DNA from: Mobula hypostoma
Lineage: Eukaryota
Assembly: GCF_963921235.1 (NCBI RefSeq)
Contig: NC_086097.1
Coordinates: forward strand, 183,708,001 to 183,772,000
DNA: 64,000 nt
Reading direction: 5' to 3'
The notes under the pieces are model-generated. The model made no database searches. It saw only the letters and a list, made by a program, of their open reading frames with translations, and was not told the origin of the DNA. Made by a program: the position numbers and the translations under genes. Shown here piece after piece: positions 58,277 through 64,000 of the stretch. The number at the start of each line of letters is the position of its first letter. The first letter of the stretch is position 1.

Positions 58277-61200
58277 TGTAGTGTATTTAATATTTCAATA
58301 ATATTTGAGTAATATTGTAACTATATAGTTTAATTAAGCATTCTTAGTTTGTTTAAATAATTCATTACAGGTTATATGTAAAAGTACATGAATGGCATAT
58401 GTCATTACATCACCACATCATTAGTGCATTCCTCGCTGAAGTAAAAATGAAGTACACTTTTATCCCCTGGCACCCCAAGTTTTACTTTTGATTAGGTCTG
58501 GAGTTACAAAACGTAACAGAAGTAATGAGTAAGTTTTAAAATGAACCCATGACAACTACCTACCTTTTGTAGCACAGCAAGATGTTCAAGTTTAACAAAA
58601 GACAGAAAATGGATGAAATTCATCAGTTCATAAACAGTGAGTACTTGGGAGATGATAATAAAAAATAAATACGCAGAAATGGCTGGCTACATAAGATAGT
58701 CACATCCAATTACACAAGAGGTAACTGAATATTGTATACTGAGCAAATTGAGCAGTATTTTAAAGAAATGAAATAGCCAATGAGAAAAGAGAGCCAGTCT
58801 TGTTGAGTGCATTGGGTGGAAAGGTATACAATTTGCTTGGAAGTCTTGACTGCTTCAACCAAACCAGCTGAAATGAGCTTTGCTATATCATGAAAATAAA
58901 GCAAGAACATTTAGAACCAACACCATTGTTTATTGCAGAACACATTAGGTTTTATAAGTGGAATCAAAAAGAATGGGAGTCCATTTCAATGTATGTGGCC
59001 GAATTAAAGCAATTATCTGAGCAATATCAGTTCAGCAATGGGCTTAGTGCACTAAGAGATCATTCAGTTTACGGAATCTTTCAAGAAAACATTCATAAAC
59101 GGCTCCCAACTGAAGCACAACTCATATTTCAAAGACCAGTTGAAATAGCTATATCAAAGGAAACAGCAGGCAGAGACGCAGTTGAGTTACAGTCAGGAAT
59201 GAAAGGAAGCATGAATAAAATTGCAATGTCCAAACAGAAACTTGTCTGGCCAAACAAGTTGTGTTACTGTTATGGTAAGGGTTAACAGACCAATGCAGGT
59301 TTAAGGGCAAAACTTGTAGGAAATGCAACAAAGTAGGACACCATCAAAGGACCTGTTGTGCTGACAAAAATAAATGGACTGAACATCAGGGAAGAGAAAA
59401 AGATAAAATTCAAGTTGCAGTTTCAAACAGAGCACTAATCTGCATACTGTTGGTGAAAAATCTGATCATGTTGAGAGTGACGCAGGACTGAGTAGCCTTG
59501 AGATTCACAGTGCAAAAGCCAACAAGAGACAAGCAATATGGCTTACGGCAGAAATGTACATTAAATTAACTAAAATCGAATTGGACACTGGCTTGGCTGT
59601 TTTAGTCATTCCACAAAATGAATTTGAATGGCATTTCAAAGATACTGAACTGAAGTGTGCAGATAACCAGCTAAGAACTTATACTGGAGAAAAGATAACT
59701 CCTGTGAGAATGACATTTGTAACAGCGAAATACAACAATCAACAATCCACATTGGGCTTGTATGTGGTAAAAACAGGAGGGCCGGCATTGTGAGATCATG
59801 ATTGGCTGAGACAACTACAATTTGTTTGGGGACCACCCACAATTTTCATGCCGCATTCCCTGCAATAGATTCAATTGAAAGTGAATTAAGAAAGGCATTG
59901 GATGATGCTACAGCTGCATTCAAGGATGGCATATCAAGGGTAGAATAGTGTTAAATGAAGATGTTACACCCAAGTTTTACAAAGCCTAAGCTACACTCTG
60001 TCTAGTTCTTTATAACATCTGTTATAAAGTAGCCAGTGAGCCAGATCGCATGGAGGTTGAGGTTGAGTGGAGCCTATGGATGACACCATTGGTCCCAATA
60101 GCCAAGAAGGATGGGAATGTTACAATTTGTGGTGATTTTAAGGTCATCATCAACCCAGTATTGAAAGTAGATCAATAACTTCTGTCCAGGATAGAAGATA
60201 TCCTTGCAAATCTTTCTGAAGGAAAACACTTTAGCAAAGTGGACTTAGCTGAGGCCTAACTACAGATGGAGATGGAGGTAGAGTCCAAAGTTTTTTTTAC
60301 CATAAACACTCTCAAAGGACTTTATTACTATAATAGGCTTATTTTTGGAGTAAGATCTGTACCTACACTCTGACAGAAAACTATGAACCAGGTGCTGCAA
60401 GGCTGCCCAGGCACTCCATCTTAACTGGATGACATTGTTATTACCGGTAAGGATGACAAAGTCAACTCCAAAATCTCAAGGCTGTGTTAAAAAGATTAGA
60501 GGTTATAGACTCACAACATGAAGCAAAAAGTGTGAATTCTTTAAACTAAGCATCAATTACAGTAGTCATACCATTGATGCACAAGCATTACACAAGTGGC
60601 TGAAAAAATTTAAACAACGGTAGATACCCCAAGGCCAAAGGATGTTATCCTTTTTAGGGTTTGTCAATTACTATACCAGGTTCCTGCCAAACTTGGCTAC
60701 TGTACTTGAACTCATTACTACAGATGGGGAAGGAATGACAATGGACAAAGCAGAGTGAGACGGCTTTCCGAAAGGTAAAGAAATGGTGATGTCAGACACT
60801 GTATTCATACATCATGATCCAGATAGTCCAGTGAAACTTGCTTTTGACACCTTTCTTATGGTATAAATGCAGACATGTCACATGCTATGATTGATGGAAG
60901 TGAACACCCCATAGCCTTTGCATCATATTCCCTTACTGTTACAGAGAAACATTACACACAGAGTGACAGAGAGGCCGCCAGTCTGATTTGGGGTGTAAAG
61001 TGTTTCAACCAGTACTTGTATGGGAGAGAGTTTACCCTCATTACTTATCATCAACCACACTATCCATTTTCAATCCCCAGAAGGGTCTTCCACTAACAGC
61101 TGCAACACAAATACAGAGGTGGAATCTGTTTCTTGGAGGACACAATTATGAGATTAAATTCAAGGATGAACAATTTGGAAATGTTGATGTATTTTCCTGT

Positions 61201-61310
61201 TTACCTTTAGAGAAGGAAATACCTGAAAATTTTTGCAAAATAGGACAATCCTCGATGCAAATTGAAAGTCTCCCTCTTTATGGCGGAGATCATCCGAAGG
61301 GAAACTAGTG
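58277..61310 (+). mobile_element. Decayed Mag-like gypsy element: 5' LTR, gag, PR, RT, RH; 3'-truncated
   Basis: LTR TGTAGTG...GTAACA (58277-58518) matches the reverse complement of 14275-14514. EHLEP..IAE..FYKWNQKE.ESI, ELDTGLAV, ICGDFKV, EHPIAFAS; many stops. Confidence 0.88.
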
Positions 61311-62199
61311 AAAGAAGTTTAAGCTGGTCATTGATTATCACTATGAGCTGTAGAATTTACAATGTTAAAAGCCCTTGAATTGGCAACAGAAGAATGTTTT
61401 AAAAAATCCTTGTTTGTGAAGCAGGTTGGATTACAGATGAAATGTAATAAGATACCAGCATGGCTTTCTACTCAATCAAACCAGAGAGAGTAGATCTCCC
61501 ACTTACAGCACCATGCATCAGTGAATGAACGGCAGTTGAAATGCTCAGGAGGGAGCCAGAGATAGGCTTGTTTTCTGGGGTCCATGTGGAACATTTAATA
61601 TTAGTAAATCATTTTATAATTCTGTCTGTATTAATTATCCAGCAATGGCATTCATCTGAGCACTAGATTGATTTTAGAAATTGCAGTCTCTTGCATTGCT
61701 GACACATCATTTCAGATCTTTCATTTCAGTCAGCAAAGATTTGTCTACCACACATGTTAAAAAGAAAGTTAAATACAGTGGAAATATGTAGCAGAACTAA
61801 AGATTTGTTTGAAATGTTGATCAATCTTTCCATTAGAGCATTTCCATCACTTTGTACCTTTTTCTTTCACATTGGTATTCACTTTATTCTCTTCTGAATT
61901 TCTGATTCCCCACTGAAATTTGGTTCAAAGATTGTATATTACCCTTTGGCTCCTCAGGTGGAAAGCCATTATTTTTATTAAATAGTACCCAGGAGTTATT
62001 AAAGGGTGGCAGGGTAGTTGGGAAGTGGGCCATAGGGGGGAAATGATCCTACCTTTAATTGTCTTCTTCATGTACGTATTTCCAGCAGGATAAATGAAGG
62101 GTGGTTGGGGTTAGGAATGTTAGTGGTTGTCTTTCCTTAGTCTTGGGACAGATGCCAGCTGCTCTTTTGCTTAGTTTTAAGAATTAACAATATTTGCTT

Positions 62200-62700
62200 C
62201 CACTCCTGTGTTATGTGTTCTGAACTGACTGATGTGGGAACTGAAGACTCTTCCACAGAGAGGGAACTAGGTGTTTGATGGAGATCTTGGTTTTCTTATT
62301 CTTCCAATGAATCTGAAGGAGGTGGTGTGCTTCTAATATCTGATGGTGTGTTTCTAATATCATAAAGTGACAGTTGCACTTATCCAAGTCTCAGAAGAAA
62401 ATAGCAAGGCAGTGATAACTGTTGCTTGGTAGATCATGAATTTGTGTCAAGTTTTGATTATCTTTTGAATGTAAGCAACAGAAGGCTTTATTAGCATATT
62501 GAAGGAGGTGGTTAACTTCATCAATATTAACCTTCCCTGGAAGCTGGATCCAGAGATATGGGAAATTATCTGTGTTTTCCAGGATTTCACATGAACCTTT
62601 ATTGTCAGAGGAGTGAGGTACAGTGGTGGCTGCTTAGTAAAAGCCTTCTGTCTTGCAGATGTCTAGAGACAACAAGACTCATCCTGTCATACGGTTTTGC
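62200..62700 (-). mobile_element. Old RTE-clade LINE RT C-terminal fragment
   Basis: Minus strand LENTDNFPYL...NIDEVNHLLQYANKAF...KFMIYQATVITALLFSSETW. Confidence 0.65.
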
Positions 62701-62724
62701 GATCAAATCAATGTTATATTGGTA

Positions 62725-63454
62725 ACACACACAGAATGCTGGAGGAACTCAGCTGGCCAGGTCACATCAATGGAAAAAAAGTGCAGTTAACATTTTGGCA
62801 TGACCCTTCAACAGGACTGGAGAAAAAAAAGATGAGGAGTAGATTTAAAAAGCGTGGAGGGGAGAGAGAAACACAAGGTGAAACTGGGAGGGGAAGGGAT
62901 GAAGTAAAGAGATAGGAGGTTGATTGGTGAAAGAGATACAGGGCTGGAGAGGGTGAGTCTGACAGGAGAAGACAGAAGGCCATGGAAGGAAGAGAAGGTG
63001 AGAGAAGCACCTGAGGGAGGTGATGGGCAGGCATGGAGATAAGGAGAGAGAGGGAAAAGGGGTGGAGAATGGTGAAGCGGGGCATTATCAGAAGTTCAAG
63101 GAATTGACGTTCATGCCATCAGGTTGGAGGCTACCCAGACAGTGCTCCCTCTGGTGCTCCTCCTTTTTTTTCTTTCTTCCATGCTCTTCTATCGTCTCCT
63201 ATCAGACTCCCCTTCTCTAACCTTGTATCTCTTTCACCAATCAACTTCCCAGCTCTTTACTTCAACCCTCTACCTCCCACTTTCACCTATGACCTTGTGT
63301 TTCTCTCTCCCCGCCCCCAACTTTTACATCTACTCCTCATCTTTTTTTTCTCCAGTCCTGCCAAAGGGTCTCGACCCGAAACGTTGACTGTACTTTTTTT
63401 CCTAGATGCTGCCTGGCCTGCTGAGTTCCTCCAGCATCTGCAGATTTTCTCATG
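62725..63454. mobile_element. Inverted (head-to-head) Penelope terminal pair
   Basis: Minus-oriented 62725-63150 (ends in the GSLQPDGMN region) joined to plus-oriented 63160-63454. TSD AATGTTATATTGGTA/AATATTATACTGGTA (62710-62724, 63455-63469). Confidence 0.8.
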
Positions 63455-63719
63455 AATATTATACTGGTACATGGCCTCTGACTGCACACAACCACAGAAT
63501 GCAGCTTGATTGCTGTAGTCCGGGTAATCTTGGTAATGGAGTGCAGTTTGAGTCATAGTTATCCAGCATGGATGCAGGCCTTTCAGCCCAACAAGGCCCT
63601 GGTGTCCACTCATCCCATCTCATCCCAACTCCCATGTCCATCTGAGCCCTACCATTAGGACAGTCTACTCAACACGACCATGTTTTTACTGGCTGCTGTT
63701 AATTAGCTAATTAACCAAT

Positions 63720-64000
63720 CAAAGTTTCAAAGTTCAAAGTAAATTCTATTAACAGAGTACATATATGTCACCACATACAACCCTAAGATTCTTTTTCCAT
63801 CAGGTATATTCAGCAAACCTATAGAATAGTACCTATAACAGGATCAATGACAGAGCAAGTAGAGCATAGAAGACAACAAACTGTGCAAATTCAAATATAA
63901 ATAAGTTGCAATATGTAACAAGAACATGAAATAACAAAATAAAGACCCTTAAAGTGAGATCATTGACTGTGTGAACACCTCAATAGATGAGTGTAGCTAT
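63720..64000 (-). mobile_element. Rex1-type 3' UTR, runs off the window
   Basis: CAAAGTTCAAAGTAAATT tail like 34300. Confidence 0.7.

Overview
Eukaryotic, transposon-saturated vertebrate DNA with no recognisable host gene. The repeat mix (CR1, Rex1/Babar, Neptune-type Penelope-like elements, V-SINE) suggests a cartilaginous fish such as a ray; that assignment is inference. The window opens inside a young Ty3/gypsy LTR retrotransposon with the unusual integrase-RT-RNaseH order (Gmr1-like) and an intact 3' LTR. It then contains many nested CR1 LINE fragments, three decayed Mag-like gypsy elements, Rex1/Babar LINEs, R4/Dong and RTE fragments, tRNA-derived SINEs, a mariner derivative with nested TIRs, two GC-rich minisatellites and a probable retroposed mRNA 3' end. 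The most interesting signal is the Penelope system. Its termini carry a minimal hammerhead-ribozyme motif, and it has spawned TSD-flanked fold-back mini-elements, one of them a 66-bp-arm palindrome centred exactly on the predicted ribozyme cleavage site. Boundaries of decayed elements are approximate (read by eye).
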